DNA of 64,000 nucleotides, from the IMG/VR virus record IMGVR_UViG_3300048998_000119, positions 13,214 to 77,213 of that record; one strand, given 5' to 3'. The position numbers were made by a program, and so were the translations under genes. Positions 27,582 through 37,941 of the stretch are shown here, one piece after another. The first letter of the stretch is position 1. Each line of letters begins with the position of its first letter. The notes below the pieces were generated by a model. That model ran no database searches, was not told the origin of the DNA, and saw only the letters and a program-made list of their open reading frames with translations. This DNA comes from a virus (lineage: Duplodnaviria; Heunggongvirae; Uroviricota; Caudoviricetes).

Positions 27582-27925
27582 CCCTGCACAACGTCCCCGT
27601 CGACGAGACTCAGACGTTCGTCGCCCATCAGCGAACGAAACTCAGCCATGTAGGTCTGGTCTGAAGCGCCTGAACCCATGAAATGGAACAGAATTCGTTC
27701 GTCGGCGATTGGCTCATCCAGCATGGCCGTTTCGCTGACACCCATGAACACAGGCAACAGCATACGCCGGAAGCGTTCGATCACCTGCAGTGCATCCTGA
27801 GCGGTGGGCGAGCCGGACATGGCGCGGAGCTTCTCGGTGAGTTCCTGCATGTTGATGTTCTTGCCGCGAAGCTCAACCAGACAAGCTTCGTCGGCGTAAA
27901 GCTTGCCGTTCTTTTCATAGGTCAT
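27578..27925 (-). CDS. hypothetical protein (115 aa)
   Basis: ORF track. Confidence 0.4.
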   Translation of the reverse strand: MTYEKNGKLYADEACLVELRGKNINMQELTEKLRAMSGSPTAQDALQVIERFRRMLLPVFMGVSETAMLDEPIADERILFHFMGSGASDQTYMAEFRSLMGDERLSLVDGDVVQG

Positions 27926-28080
27926 TCTTGTAATCCTCAGTGAGAAAGTAAAGGTATTCGGCGTAAGTTATCTGCAATAGACCACGACGTGTGGGACGAA
28001 AGAAATAGCCGCCTGCTCGGACGACTCCGCGTTTTCGGCAGATGGTGGAGTATTGACGCAACCGTCGTTCTTCTTCACGT

Positions 28081-28533
28081 TTAGCCATTGAGTACTTCGT
28101 CGATGAGATCGGCCTCCTCCGCATTGGCCACAGCCTTTCGATTACCTTCCACTGTGTGCTTGAGTCGATGCAGAGCGGCGTAGTCCTGGAAAATACGCTT
28201 GTGCTGACGCAGCAAGTTCTCCATCTGCTCGGCTCGACGAATATAAGCGAAGGCGCGTTGATACCAGTTGTTGCGGAACGGATTAGTTTGGTTACCGCTT
28301 TCGGCTTTCTTGCCAAAGTGTGTCAGCATGTCTTTGTGCGACAGTGGCCGCTCTTCTTGTGGAGCTTCGGCGCGCAGCTGGTCTTGATGATAAGGGATCT
28401 GTTCATCCTTCTTCGCACCGAGATAGCTGTAGTAGCCTCGACGTGCGTCGTCGTCGTGCCAGTGAGCGGGAACGCTCTTGCCGTTGTAGGCGTGATTCCA
28501 GCCGCGCATGTAGTTAAACTTGCTCACAATCAA
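28081..28533 (-). CDS. hypothetical protein (150 aa; start codon uncertain)
   Basis: preferred over overlapping frame 27915..28316 on composition. Confidence 0.35.
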   Translation of the reverse strand: MIVSKFNYMRGWNHAYNGKSVPAHWHDDDARRGYYSYLGAKKDEQIPYHQDQLRAEAPQEERPLSHKDMLTHFGKKAESGNQTNPFRNNWYQRAFAYIRRAEQMENLLRQHKRIFQDYAALHRLKHTVEGNRKAVANAEEADLIDEVLNG

Positions 28534-28825
28534 AGTCCTTTCATTTTTGCTTCACGAAGAATGTGTTCCAATGCGACCAACGGTATGGAAATGTGGTTAC
28601 CGTTGTTCTGCGTAAACTCAATCACTTGATCTCCGAAAGAATACTGATCTGGATCAATATCTCCGGTGAATTGCGTGTTGTGTAATTTGAGTTTTACGTG
28701 GGTGATCATTCACCAGAAGCTTCATCGTAGTCCACTGCCTTGCCCATCCAATACTGATATGAGTCATACATGCTCACAGCGTAGAAAATGAGACCGAGTC
28801 TAAAACAAAGCCATGATTTGAATTT

Positions 28826-28872
28826 ATTCACGGTGATCTCCAATTTTTGAGGAGGCTCATCGGCCTCCTCAG
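28826..28872 (-). promoter_or_regulatory. stem-loop + A-run + RBS module, copy A
   Basis: minus: GAGGAGGCC-gatga-GCCTCCTC AAAAATTGGAGATCACC GTG. Confidence 0.4.
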
Positions 28873-28873
28873 A

Positions 28874-29065
28874 TTATCCTTGTAGTTCAAGTGGACCCAC
28901 GTATTCGTTCCACTCGGTGCTGGTCAGTTCCAGAAAGTAATTTGGATCTTTGTATTCCTCGTTGACCAACACTGTACGCGACATCACAATCGCGATTTTG
29001 GGTATCATCGTCAAATTCTCTCCGCCGATGAAATGCATCATCCTGACAGGATAATAAGACAACAT
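28874..29065 (-). CDS. hypothetical protein (~63 aa) overlapping RNR 3' end
   Basis: ATG with GGAG RBS inside the last 40 nt of the RNR gene. Confidence 0.3.
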   Translation of the reverse strand: MLSYYPVRMMHFIGGENLTMIPKIAIVMSRTVLVNEEYKDPNYFLELTSTEWNEYVGPLELQG

Positions 29066-29102
29066 ATCTCCTCGTTTTGAGAAAACTTCTTTCAGCGGCA
29101 GA

Positions 29103-31007
29103 TCACTTGATGGGGCATGCTCCACTTGCACATTCATCGTCCCCTTCGAACTCCGCCTCTGAGACGGAGGTGATAAGCCGAGTTTCTGCCACAAGTTCGT
29201 CATACTGTTCTTTCGTGATTTCCTCCAACGGTGCTTGCTTGAAGCCGTGATCGGAATGCAGCAGGAAGGAGAGTGACTTATGGCTGTGCCGGTAATACTT
29301 CTCCAAGTACTCACGGATCGCCGGAAGCTCTTCCTTCTTGTAGTAAATGGTGCATGAGACAGAATTGTCCGACCACTCAGTCTGAAGACGCTTGATCCAG
29401 TTCAACTGATCAAAGGCCGTGACGTCTGCGGCCACGGTGGTGCCTTCAGGATAAGCGAACGGGAAGGTCACGACCACAGTGTTGTAGTCGTCTGAGCCGT
29501 CGAAGTTCTGCTGATACTCGACCGGATAGCCAGCCTCACGACAGATCGCCACGAGGCGATGATCTGCGGCGATGCGAATGCGACGATACATATGACGAGC
29601 ATATGCGGGATGGACACCCGGAGTCACACCCGGCAGAAGAGACAACGTGCCGCTCGGCTTGACCGTGGTGAGCTTGATCGAGATTGGAACGCCCTTGCGC
29701 TTACTATACGTCGCGTCGTACTCACGCAGGAACAGATAGCCGTCGTTCATCCAGGACAGCTGCTCTTCGCTGCTCTGGAGAATACCCGTCAGACCAATGC
29801 CCATACGCATGTTGCGGTGGACGATTGCTTCGGTGCCGGGCTGATGGCTCTTCATCATCAACGAGTGCTTGTTGATGCGGTAACTCAGTTGCAGAATATC
29901 GAGGAACTCTTCCTCCGATGTAACATTCGGAAGGAATACCTCACTCAGACAGCAGGTTTCGAAATTCGCAAGCGACTGTTCTGCGCAAGGATTGTACCCC
30001 TCGACGTCCGGGTCTGGGTAATCAAAGTCACCCAGGCGACCGATCTGACGAGATAGACTGAGATTAATGAGTCCGTAAGGCTCGCCTTTGCCTTCGTAAC
30101 CGTCCCAGAAGTAGGGATGCAGATCGGCAATGTCGTCGCACGCGACCGAGTTGTTCGACATAGCGCGCCACTTTGGAATATTGCCCATATCCCAACGCTT
30201 CGCAAGCAGGTACTCAACGTCATCTGGATCTCCAATGGCCAACTGAGCCGACCGGCGTACGTTACCGGCCACAATGATGAAGCCGATGATGTTCATAATG
30301 TCAAGGGCGTCGATCGGACGGATCTTACGACCCGCACGCTTCATCAGAATCTCGCTGATCTGCTGAATGCCCCAACACAGTTCTTCCGGCCCGCTGGCCA
30401 CACCGCCGAAGCCGTTGATCGGCTTACCCTTGCCGCGAATTACCTGCGTGCTGTAAGTGAAACTCCCCTTGGACGATTGGTCTGAGAGGAACGCCGACTT
30501 GAGGGTTTTTCCGAGAAGCTTGACCCAACCCTCACGGCTATCCGGCACAATGAAGTCTGCGCCACCTTCGTCAGTACGAACAGGAGCTTTGAACCACGGC
30601 CGGACTTCGGGTAGTTTGTCCACATGTTTCTTCTGAATGTTATACCCAACACCACTGCCGAGAGCCAGCATATCCATGCACCAGCAAAAAGGAGTGATGG
30701 GATGGTCCACCACGGTGAATGCACAGTTCTGGAGTGAAGCCAGTCCCAGACGATCCACAGTGCCAGTGCCGAGTTGCCAAAGAAATCGGCCAGCAACAGA
30801 CATTTTGAGATCGAGCATGTAACCTCGGGCGCGGTCTTCTTCATCCTTGGTGAACCCCACATGTAGTTGTTCGTCCGCCGCCTTGAGTACGCGGTCGATC
30901 GTGTCGGGAAATTCTTCCTGACGACCGTTGTCCATCTTACGCGAATAGGTACGCTTGTACGTAAGATAGCCTACGCTAGACCACGGCGTTTGTCCATTAT
31001 TCATCAA
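29103..31007 (-). CDS. nrdJ: ribonucleotide reductase, class II (adenosylcobalamin-dependent, monomeric-type)
   Basis: active-site GYNPCAEQS, C-terminal redox pair ECASGAC, 634 aa. Confidence 0.7.
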   Translation of the reverse strand: MMNNGQTPWSSVGYLTYKRTYSRKMDNGRQEEFPDTIDRVLKAADEQLHVGFTKDEEDRARGYMLDLKMSVAGRFLWQLGTGTVDRLGLASLQNCAFTVVDHPITPFCWCMDMLALGSGVGYNIQKKHVDKLPEVRPWFKAPVRTDEGGADFIVPDSREGWVKLLGKTLKSAFLSDQSSKGSFTYSTQVIRGKGKPINGFGGVASGPEELCWGIQQISEILMKRAGRKIRPIDALDIMNIIGFIIVAGNVRRSAQLAIGDPDDVEYLLAKRWDMGNIPKWRAMSNNSVACDDIADLHPYFWDGYEGKGEPYGLINLSLSRQIGRLGDFDYPDPDVEGYNPCAEQSLANFETCCLSEVFLPNVTSEEEFLDILQLSYRINKHSLMMKSHQPGTEAIVHRNMRMGIGLTGILQSSEEQLSWMNDGYLFLREYDATYSKRKGVPISIKLTTVKPSGTLSLLPGVTPGVHPAYARHMYRRIRIAADHRLVAICREAGYPVEYQQNFDGSDDYNTVVVTFPFAYPEGTTVAADVTAFDQLNWIKRLQTEWSDNSVSCTIYYKKEELPAIREYLEKYYRHSHKSLSFLLHSDHGFKQAPLEEITKEQYDELVAETRLITSVSEAEFEGDDECASGACPIK

Positions 31008-32746
31008 TCGAACTTTCCCTTGGAGACACGCGTCTCCTCAACTTCTTCCATCTTTTCTGCCTCGAACTCTTCTTCGTCGTCCGAATAGATAGTCTCGTCG
31101 TAATTGAGACGACCTGTTTCGAACACATACGAGGCACCGGCGACTGGACCGGTTAGGCCGGTGTAGCGGCACTTGAGTACTTCCATTTCGATCTTGTTGC
31201 GGACGTTGTCTTTCTTTGCTCGCATATTACGAGCGAACGCCACAATGTCCATCGAGATCTGCTTGATCGAGCCGGAACCCTTGATGTCATCCATAGACGG
31301 CAACTTGCCTTCTTCGAATGCCTGGGAGCCGGACGAAACCTTACGCAGATGTGACACAACACCGATCCACACTTCATACCGCTTGACCAATGTCAGAAGC
31401 GCATTCATAAACTTGTCGATGGCTTCATTGCCGTCTGAGCCTTCAAAACCCTCGGAGGCGGCGATGGTGATGTGATCCAGATAGATGTGCTTGCAGCCCT
31501 TGAGACACAACCACTCCATCTTTTCAATCAGACCTGTGTCACTGACTGAACCTTGGTGATCCAACACAATGAACTGATCTGAACCGAACACCGCGTCGAA
31601 GCCCGGACGCATTTCCTCCAGCGTCATCGGCTCGTCTTGCGCGGCGGGATTCTTGTTCAACGCCATACCGGAGAACTTGCGGGCGGATTCACCCGGACCT
31701 TCCTCCAGCGCAATCCAGCCAATCTTCTGACTCGGATCTGGATTGCCGTCCTCGTCTACCAGATGATGCTCTTTGGTGAACAAGGCATCTTCACGCAGGA
31801 TGGTGCTCTTGCCCGACCCAGTGCCGGAAATGAACAGCGTGATGTCGCCGTACCGCTTACCCTTGGTCTTCTTATTGACGCCCGCGAGGCAGTCGGGGAA
31901 CAGCAGAGATTTGACCTTGCTGTCAGCTTCCATCTTTTCCCAGAGCTCGTCTCTGGACAGAAAGCCGCCCGGCGTATACGACTGAGCATCGAACATGGCG
32001 TTTATGAGCGCCGGTCCACCACTCTCCCGCAGGACGTCGTTGGCGTCCTTCTGAGGCAACTTGGTTATTTTGACTTTGTCGATGCCGACGATCTTGATCG
32101 CCTTCTCCAGGGCTGCTCTGCCGCTGGCGTCTTCATCGAAAGCCAGAACCACTTCATCGTACTGTCGTACTAACTCACGTCGTTCGAGCAAGAGTTTGAG
32201 ATTGGTGTCTGACCCAGCGGACATCACGGGATAGATCTTACCGTACTTGTCCATCATCGCTTCGGCGAACGCCATTGCGTCTTCTTCGCCTGTGGTCAGA
32301 ATAAGTCTCCGGTTACCACCTACGAAAGGAAGTCCTTCTCCGAACAGACCTTCAAGCTTACCCAGTCTGTACCAGCCGTCTTTGGGATAACGGCGAGCGT
32401 TGTATCCACCTGGATACGGATAGAACCTAGTATCCACCTTGCCGTTGCTGTTGAAGCTATTCTTCACCTTGAAGAACTCGTAGACCGCTGTGCTGATTTG
32501 CCTATCGCGGTCGCCCTTTGCAAGCTTCAACCCACTCACTTCTTCCATCGTCAACTGACGACTTGTACTCTTCAACAACGGAGATTTCTTCTCGGACGGG
32601 GGCCTCTCGATGTCGACCACGTCGCCCTCTTTTAACTGCTTCGCCGAGAATGACTTCTCACAGACGTAGCATTTTGCTCCACCATCCTCATAAATTTGCA
32701 TGCCATCGGATGATGGGCAGTATACACACGGTTGGTTATGCTTTAC
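31004..32746 (-). CDS. DNA primase/helicase (T7 gp4-like)
   Basis: Zn finger CVYC...CYVC, TOPRIM VVLAFDEDASGRAA, Walker A GTGSGKST; start trimmed to TTG after GGAG, overlapping GIY-YIG stop. Confidence 0.8.
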   Translation of the reverse strand, partial: VKHNQPCVYCPSSDGMQIYEDGGAKCYVCEKSFSAKQLKEGDVVDIERPPSEKKSPLLKSTSRQLTMEEVSGLKLAKGDRDRQISTAVYEFFKVKNSFNSNGKVDTRFYPYPGGYNARRYPKDGWYRLGKLEGLFGEGLPFVGGNRRLILTTGEEDAMAFAEAMMDKYGKIYPVMSAGSDTNLKLLLERRELVRQYDEVVLAFDEDASGRAALEKAIKIVGIDKVKITKLPQKDANDVLRESGGPALINAMFDAQSYTPGGFLSRDELWEKMEADSKVKSLLFPDCLAGVNKKTKGKRYGDITLFISGTGSGKSTILREDALFTKEHHLVDEDGNPDPSQKIGWIALEEGPGESARKFSGMALNKNPAAQDEPMTLEEMRPGFDAVFGSDQFIVLDHQGSVSDTGLIEKMEWLCLKGCKHIYLDHITIAASEGFEGSDGNEAIDKFMNALLTLVKRYEVWIGVVSHLRKVSSGSQAFEEGKLPSMDDIKGSGSIKQISMDIVAFARNMRAKKDNVRNKIEMEVLKCRYTGLTGPVAGASYVFETGRLNYDETIYSDDEEEFEAEKMEEVEETRVSKGKFD

Positions 32747-32750
32747 TATC

Positions 32751-33227
32751 TTACCCAACGTCACTCCAATCACTGACCGCAGCCAGACGCTGTTTATGCC
32801 TGAAGGTGACGTTCTCACGAACGGTCCATCCCACCTTCTCAATCCGAGTATTATACCAATTAGGTGTGGTGGGCGCTTCCACCATACACAGAGACCATGT
32901 TTCGGCGAAGGACAGACCAGATTTGGTCGAGTACTCTTCGATGCAGTAGAATTCAAACTCGTCTATGGGCCGTTGCGCAAACAACTGAGACATGGTCGTG
33001 GATGAAGACTTATACTTTCGCCAAGCGGTTTCTTCGCCGCCTTTGGTTACTCCGAGGACTCTGTATTGCTTCTTGCCGATGTAGCCGCGCTTGAGGACCA
33101 AGTCACGAATTGCATAGACGAAGCCAACCTTGCCGTCCATTCCCATTTTCTCCGGGAACACCCAGTGTCCGTTTGGATTGGACGCTTTGATGGACGGCGC
33201 TTTTGGTATATTACCCAAACTCACCAT
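32751..33227 (-). CDS. GIY-YIG homing endonuclease
   Basis: KVGFVYAIRDLVLKRGYIGKK. Confidence 0.65.
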   Translation of the reverse strand: MVSLGNIPKAPSIKASNPNGHWVFPEKMGMDGKVGFVYAIRDLVLKRGYIGKKQYRVLGVTKGGEETAWRKYKSSSTTMSQLFAQRPIDEFEFYCIEEYSTKSGLSFAETWSLCMVEAPTTPNWYNTRIEKVGWTVRENVTFRHKQRLAAVSDWSDVG

Positions 33228-34114
33228 TATAAAATTTCCTTAACCACATTCCAGTTGTCTGGTGTGAAACGATCCCCTGGATGGGTCAGTAGATGAATCA
33301 ATTGTCCGTTCATAAGCAAGTTATTATACCAGTCACCGTCGTACGCTTTGATGTAGCTGTCGACGACAACTGTCTGCATTTCATCGAGCGTCGTGCAATC
33401 CTTCAACAGCTTGGTGGCTGTCTTCTCACCGATCCCGATTACACCGGGAATGTTGTCGGTCGGATCGCCTTTGATAAGTTGCTCATGGTAATGACGACGG
33501 GCTTCAAGTTCATCGACCGTAATGATCTTTTCGTTGCCTTTGTGCATACGATAGTGCTGCCCAGGTATGCAGAGTAGATCTTTGTCGACTGAGCAAATGA
33601 TGTAGTCCTGCCCAATCTTTCGAGCCTCCCCGGCCCAAATACAGAGCAGATCGTCAGCTTCCATTCCGTCAGCATTGATTGCATAGCCCTCCGCGACAGC
33701 CAATCGGCGAAGGACGGGAACTGTGGTGTTCTTGAAGGCATTGTTACGGTGCCTGTGCTGTTTATATTCTGGGTATACATCATCGCGGAAGTTTTTTCCT
33801 CCGCCCATAGCGATGAGCTTGTCGTCGCAATAGACTTTCTCGTGGATTGAATCCAGCAAATAACGTAGATTACTCCACGCCGTTTCCAGATAAGCTTGTT
33901 CTTCTTCAGGAGTGTACTCTTGTGGTCGACGTTTACCGTCTTCGCCTAGCAGCACCACCTGCGTCGTTTCATCGTCATAGACCCTACGCGGAGGACAAGA
34001 ATGATAACAGATGACGTCGCCATCTATCAGAGCAATCTTGCCCTGCACGTTCGGGATGAAGCTCAATGAGGGTTCTTCCTCCTTTTTCTTGAGCTTCAAC
34101 TGGCCGATCCCCAT
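33227..34114 (-). CDS. 5'-3' exonuclease / flap endonuclease
   Basis: H3TH motif GDPTDNIPGVIGIGEKTATKLL; acidic clusters DGMEADD, SVDKD. Confidence 0.75.
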   Translation of the reverse strand: MGIGQLKLKKKEEEPSLSFIPNVQGKIALIDGDVICYHSCPPRRVYDDETTQVVLLGEDGKRRPQEYTPEEEQAYLETAWSNLRYLLDSIHEKVYCDDKLIAMGGGKNFRDDVYPEYKQHRHRNNAFKNTTVPVLRRLAVAEGYAINADGMEADDLLCIWAGEARKIGQDYIICSVDKDLLCIPGQHYRMHKGNEKIITVDELEARRHYHEQLIKGDPTDNIPGVIGIGEKTATKLLKDCTTLDEMQTVVVDSYIKAYDGDWYNNLLMNGQLIHLLTHPGDRFTPDNWNVVKEIL

Positions 34115-34292
34115 CAGTTGATCAGCAAAATTCCGTCATCTTCGTTCTCGACTTGAGTCCCGATGACAGCCATCATAAGCTTGTCGATGAGACGCAGCTT
34201 CTGTTCGTCTTTGACTTTGTGCGAGAGCGTCTTGACGAAATCGACGAGCTCGGACTTTTCTTCTTTCGTGTCGAAGTAGACATGCTGAATCA
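34113..34292 (-). CDS. hypothetical protein (59 aa)
   Basis: own translation MIQHVYFDTKEEKSELVDFVKTLSHKVKDEQKLRL...; AGGA RBS. Confidence 0.3.
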
Positions 34293-34467
34293 TTTATTAA
34301 TCCTGATTTCGTAATTAACCAGCGCCGCCAAACAGAGTACAGCACAGATAATGAATAAGGCTGCTGCAATATCTGGTGTCATTTGCCATTCTCCACCCAG
34401 ATGGTGAAGCAGTAGCAGATAGTCGCTGCAACAATTATCGCCAGCAGAACAATTGTCTTGTTGTCCA

Positions 34468-36495
34468 TCAGTGAATTTCCCTCCAGTTCTTTCCGGTCTT
34501 GCCGCTGCCGTCCATGAAGTCGATTCCGAAAATCTTCGGACCTTCCTGGAAAGCCTTGACGCCCAACTCAGCCGCTCTGGCCGCGTGCTCATCCGGCACG
34601 GAGCAGTCGCCTTCGTCGTGCATAAAGATATGTGGCTTGAACGGAATACCTTCTTCGCGCATCCAGCGCATCCACAGCATAATAGCCGCAGAGCAAGTGG
34701 CCTTTTCAAACGCTTGCAGTAGATACACAAGTAGCTTGTGCGTCGAATCAACATACACAGGTACTCCACCGATTCCGGTGATGTAGCCACCCTTCTTGAT
34801 CGAACCGCTAAATCCAATCTTCTTGGTCTCTGCGAACTCACGATTGAGCGCCTTCTCCAGCTTGACTAGATTAGGAACTTTCTTCGTGAAACCCTTCTTA
34901 AGTTGACCGCCGAGCGTGGCGTCCGGTGAACCAAAGCAGTAGAGCCAGACTTTAGCGCCACCTGCTCCGAACAAGAACGCGTAATACACACGTTTAGATC
35001 GAGCACGTCTTTGCTTCCACATAACTTTTTCAGCCGCTTTGCGACCAGACGTGTAGTACTGCTCATAACTAATCCCCTTTCTGTCGAGGAATCGTTTGAG
35101 CGCACCTTTGGCTTTGGTGCTCTTGGCGAGGAACGCACCCCAGTCCACACCCATTTCTTTGAGCACTGCGTCCAGCGCCTTAGCGTTGTACATGTGGATG
35201 TCGCCCTTGGTGATGACGTCGATGTACTCAGCACTCTTCAGATAGAAGGCAAGTCCTCGTCCTTGGTTGCCCGCAGAGTCGCAACCCACCAGCGTCCATC
35301 CAGGCTCTGAAATGAAAAGGGATCGCATTTCTGGTCCCCATTTTGATTCCATTGCGGGGACGTTAACGATAATGCTGTGGCGCGCACGTAGACTCGGGGT
35401 GCCGATAGTGACGCAGTCACCGTGGAGTCGTCCTTCGGCGTCTGTGTTTTCAATCCACCCTTTGAGGATGGATAGTCGTGAAGATGCAACAGAGAACTCA
35501 CGATAGAGCTTACCGTCGCCGCCAAGAAACTCCAGACTCTCTTCGGTAATCTTAGGGCTTGTTTGGACCTTACGTTTTGTGGCTTCGTCGAATTTGCTGT
35601 TGTACTCAAGAGGTATCCATCCGTTTCTGAACAGAAATGTCTTCACATCATCTGTCGAACCAAGCTCAAGCGGCACCACCTTCATACGGCAGTACTCGCC
35701 GACGACCATGACTTCCTCGCCCGGATAACCGGACCAGGGATCCACATCGAAATAGGTGGCGATGTGTGAGTGATACGCACCTTCTTTGGTCCACCTAGTG
35801 GATTTGACTTCGACCTCTTTGCCCTGAGTGTTGGGCACCTTGTCGAGCGCCACCGTCTTCATTCCCAACTTGGGTTCCAACAGTGCTCTGTTCTTCTCGA
35901 CAAGTTCTTCTAGTTCAATCGCCAGCTTCGAACCGGTTTCGACGTCGAAGGGCCAACCTCCCATGTGAGCCATACCGACCCATTCGGACGCGGCGTGTTC
36001 GCACAGAAGATAATCAGCCAACTGAGGGGCTCGCTTGGACTTCGACTTGTACTCATCCAAGAGCATCTTGTACATGACGATGTTACCTTTGACGTCGCTC
36101 AAACAACGTGTCCTCATTTCTTGTGAGAACTGGCTCCAATCGTTATGCTCTTGCTTGTCGTAACCTGTGTGCTTGCCCCATTCGTCTTGGCTGTGTTTGA
36201 AATTGCCGAATCTGTTATAGTCCAACGCGCGAGACATAATGAGAGTATCTTGGAGTAACGCCTCTTCGGGAGGCACCCAGCCAGTCAACTTCTTGAATAA
36301 GGGCAGATCGTGTTCGATTATGTTCTGCCCGATGATGTGGGTGGCGGTTTCCAAACGTTCCTGCCACCCAAGATCACCTTCAAGATATTCCCATACCTCG
36401 CCCGTCTCGACATCTTCAATCACGACGATCCAGAGCCGAGTTGCCTCAAGCGCCAGACCGTCTGATTCAGAGTCGAATACGAGTTTTACAGCCAT
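34468..36495 (-). CDS. DNA polymerase, family A (T7 gp5-like) with 3'-5' exonuclease domain
   Basis: exo I FDSESDGL, motif B RRARSKRVYYAFLFGAG, motif C HDEGD. Confidence 0.8.
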   Translation of the reverse strand: MAVKLVFDSESDGLALEATRLWIVVIEDVETGEVWEYLEGDLGWQERLETATHIIGQNIIEHDLPLFKKLTGWVPPEEALLQDTLIMSRALDYNRFGNFKHSQDEWGKHTGYDKQEHNDWSQFSQEMRTRCLSDVKGNIVMYKMLLDEYKSKSKRAPQLADYLLCEHAASEWVGMAHMGGWPFDVETGSKLAIELEELVEKNRALLEPKLGMKTVALDKVPNTQGKEVEVKSTRWTKEGAYHSHIATYFDVDPWSGYPGEEVMVVGEYCRMKVVPLELGSTDDVKTFLFRNGWIPLEYNSKFDEATKRKVQTSPKITEESLEFLGGDGKLYREFSVASSRLSILKGWIENTDAEGRLHGDCVTIGTPSLRARHSIIVNVPAMESKWGPEMRSLFISEPGWTLVGCDSAGNQGRGLAFYLKSAEYIDVITKGDIHMYNAKALDAVLKEMGVDWGAFLAKSTKAKGALKRFLDRKGISYEQYYTSGRKAAEKVMWKQRRARSKRVYYAFLFGAGGAKVWLYCFGSPDATLGGQLKKGFTKKVPNLVKLEKALNREFAETKKIGFSGSIKKGGYITGIGGVPVYVDSTHKLLVYLLQAFEKATCSAAIMLWMRWMREEGIPFKPHIFMHDEGDCSVPDEHAARAAELGVKAFQEGPKIFGIDFMDGSGKTGKNWREIH

Positions 36496-36716
36496 CAGCC
36501 GCCGCAGGTTTCTTTGTAATCATCCTTGTCCCAACGAATAACATCGGGATCGGTGACGTCACCTTCGGTCGGCATAGAGTCTAGCTTATCAAACTCGACC
36601 AGCTGTCGCTCGTTCAAGCACTCACGCAACGGAAGATTTCCATACGCGGTGCCTGTGAAGATGTCGTACAGCATGCGCTTTGGAGTGAGCTCATCCTCGC
36701 GAACGTAATCAGCCAC
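36495..36716 (-). CDS. hypothetical acidic protein (73 aa)
   Basis: ORF track. Confidence 0.35.
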   Translation of the reverse strand: MADYVREDELTPKRMLYDIFTGTAYGNLPLRECLNERQLVEFDKLDSMPTEGDVTDPDVIRWDKDDYKETCGG

Positions 36717-37239
36717 TCTTCTTCTCCGACAGAATTCGTTCGATGTCGACCACGCGAATTGGCTGGTAGCCGTTCAGCATGACTGCGGTCGCGAACTTGT
36801 AATACCAGAGAGCTTTCTGCATTTCCTGCGTCTCGTCGTCCTTCGCACCCATACGCGAAAGATACTTGTCGCCGCACATATCTCGCACGGCGTGCACGAA
36901 TGCCTGCATGTTGTTGCGCCAGAAAGGTTTATATTGCAGATGCTCCAACCACTGAATTGTGTCGGTGATTTCGCCGTTCGAATTCTTGATCTCGTACAAC
37001 GACTTGTAGTGGCTGGGATTGATCGCGTTTTTCTTTTCTTCGGTCACGGTAGGGTACACGCCTCCTGTACGATAAAGTTGCCATTCAGCACCTGTATTGA
37101 AAATGGCAATAATCTCATCCTTGTTGTCCACCATCACTACTCTAAATGATGCAACTCTGTCGAAATCAGAAGCAAAGATATTTGACGGTGGGAGTGAACC
37201 GATGAAGGTTTCATTCTCATACATTTTAAAAGCGGTCAT
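36709..37239 (-). CDS. hypothetical protein (176 aa), possibly DUF3310-like
   Basis: INPSHYK motif reminiscent of DUF3310. Confidence 0.35.
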   Translation of the reverse strand: MTAFKMYENETFIGSLPPSNIFASDFDRVASFRVVMVDNKDEIIAIFNTGAEWQLYRTGGVYPTVTEEKKNAINPSHYKSLYEIKNSNGEITDTIQWLEHLQYKPFWRNNMQAFVHAVRDMCGDKYLSRMGAKDDETQEMQKALWYYKFATAVMLNGYQPIRVVDIERILSEKKSG

Positions 37240-37289
37240 AGTCTAATTCCAAATTATTGGAGGGTCGCCGAAGCAACCCTCCTTTCCCG

Positions 37290-37862
37290 TCAGTCAAACT
37301 TGTCTTTCTTCACGGCGATCTTCGGCTTCGCAACCGGCACCTCGTCGTCAGCGTCGTCGGTGGATGTCTGGACTTCCGTCTCATCGTCTTCGTCGACGAC
37401 TTCCATTTCTGTTTCCTCGAAGTCATCGTCATGCGGCTTCGGAGTGTACTTGACGAGCCTCGTCAGCTTAATGCCCTGCAGGACATTCGCCACGCCCTTG
37501 CCGCCGACTTCCTTCGTGTACTCGTACTGATACACACGAACGTCGCCGATGGACTTGTTGCCCACGATCGCCGGATCGCAGTCTTCCAGGTTGCCCTTCT
37601 TCACTTCCACAGGATCCGACTCTTCGCCGCTCTTCTTGTAGATGCGCTTCTTGAGCGTGGTCTTCCAGTATGGCTTCTCGCCATCTTCCTCTGGGACGAC
37701 CGCCTTCATCGTCAGACCCTGAGCTTCCCATTCCTTCCGCTGAGCCGAGGAGTAGGTGCGGATCTGCACTTCCCAAGTTGGGTTTTCACGGTTGAACTTC
37801 TTGTTGGGACGGTTGGGGACACAACGAACAAACCAAAGTTCTGCGTTCTTGATCAAAGCCAT
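37290..37862 (-). CDS. putative ssDNA-binding protein (acidic C-terminal region)
   Basis: position in replication block; HDDDFEETEMEVVDEDDETEVQTSTDDADDE. Confidence 0.4.
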   Translation of the reverse strand: MALIKNAELWFVRCVPNRPNKKFNRENPTWEVQIRTYSSAQRKEWEAQGLTMKAVVPEEDGEKPYWKTTLKKRIYKKSGEESDPVEVKKGNLEDCDPAIVGNKSIGDVRVYQYEYTKEVGGKGVANVLQGIKLTRLVKYTPKPHDDDFEETEMEVVDEDDETEVQTSTDDADDEVPVAKPKIAVKKDKFD

Positions 37863-37941
37863 GTTATTCTCACTTGAAACCACATACAGACTTCTGTACG
37901 CGTAGACGGGATAATTAAACGGGTTCCCGTAACCCAAAGCA

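Noticed and set aside
27915-28316. 133-aa ORF overlapping 28081..28533
   Set aside because: Two mutually exclusive frames. The Arg/Thr/Ser-rich composition of this one looks less protein-like, so I kept the other with low confidence.
34290-34841. 183-aa ORF overlapping the 3' end of the DNA polymerase gene
   Set aside because: Out-of-frame overlap with a motif-supported gene. Only its last ~30 codons (a TM peptide downstream of the polymerase stop) look real; these are noted in the tiny-peptides finding (34290..34382).
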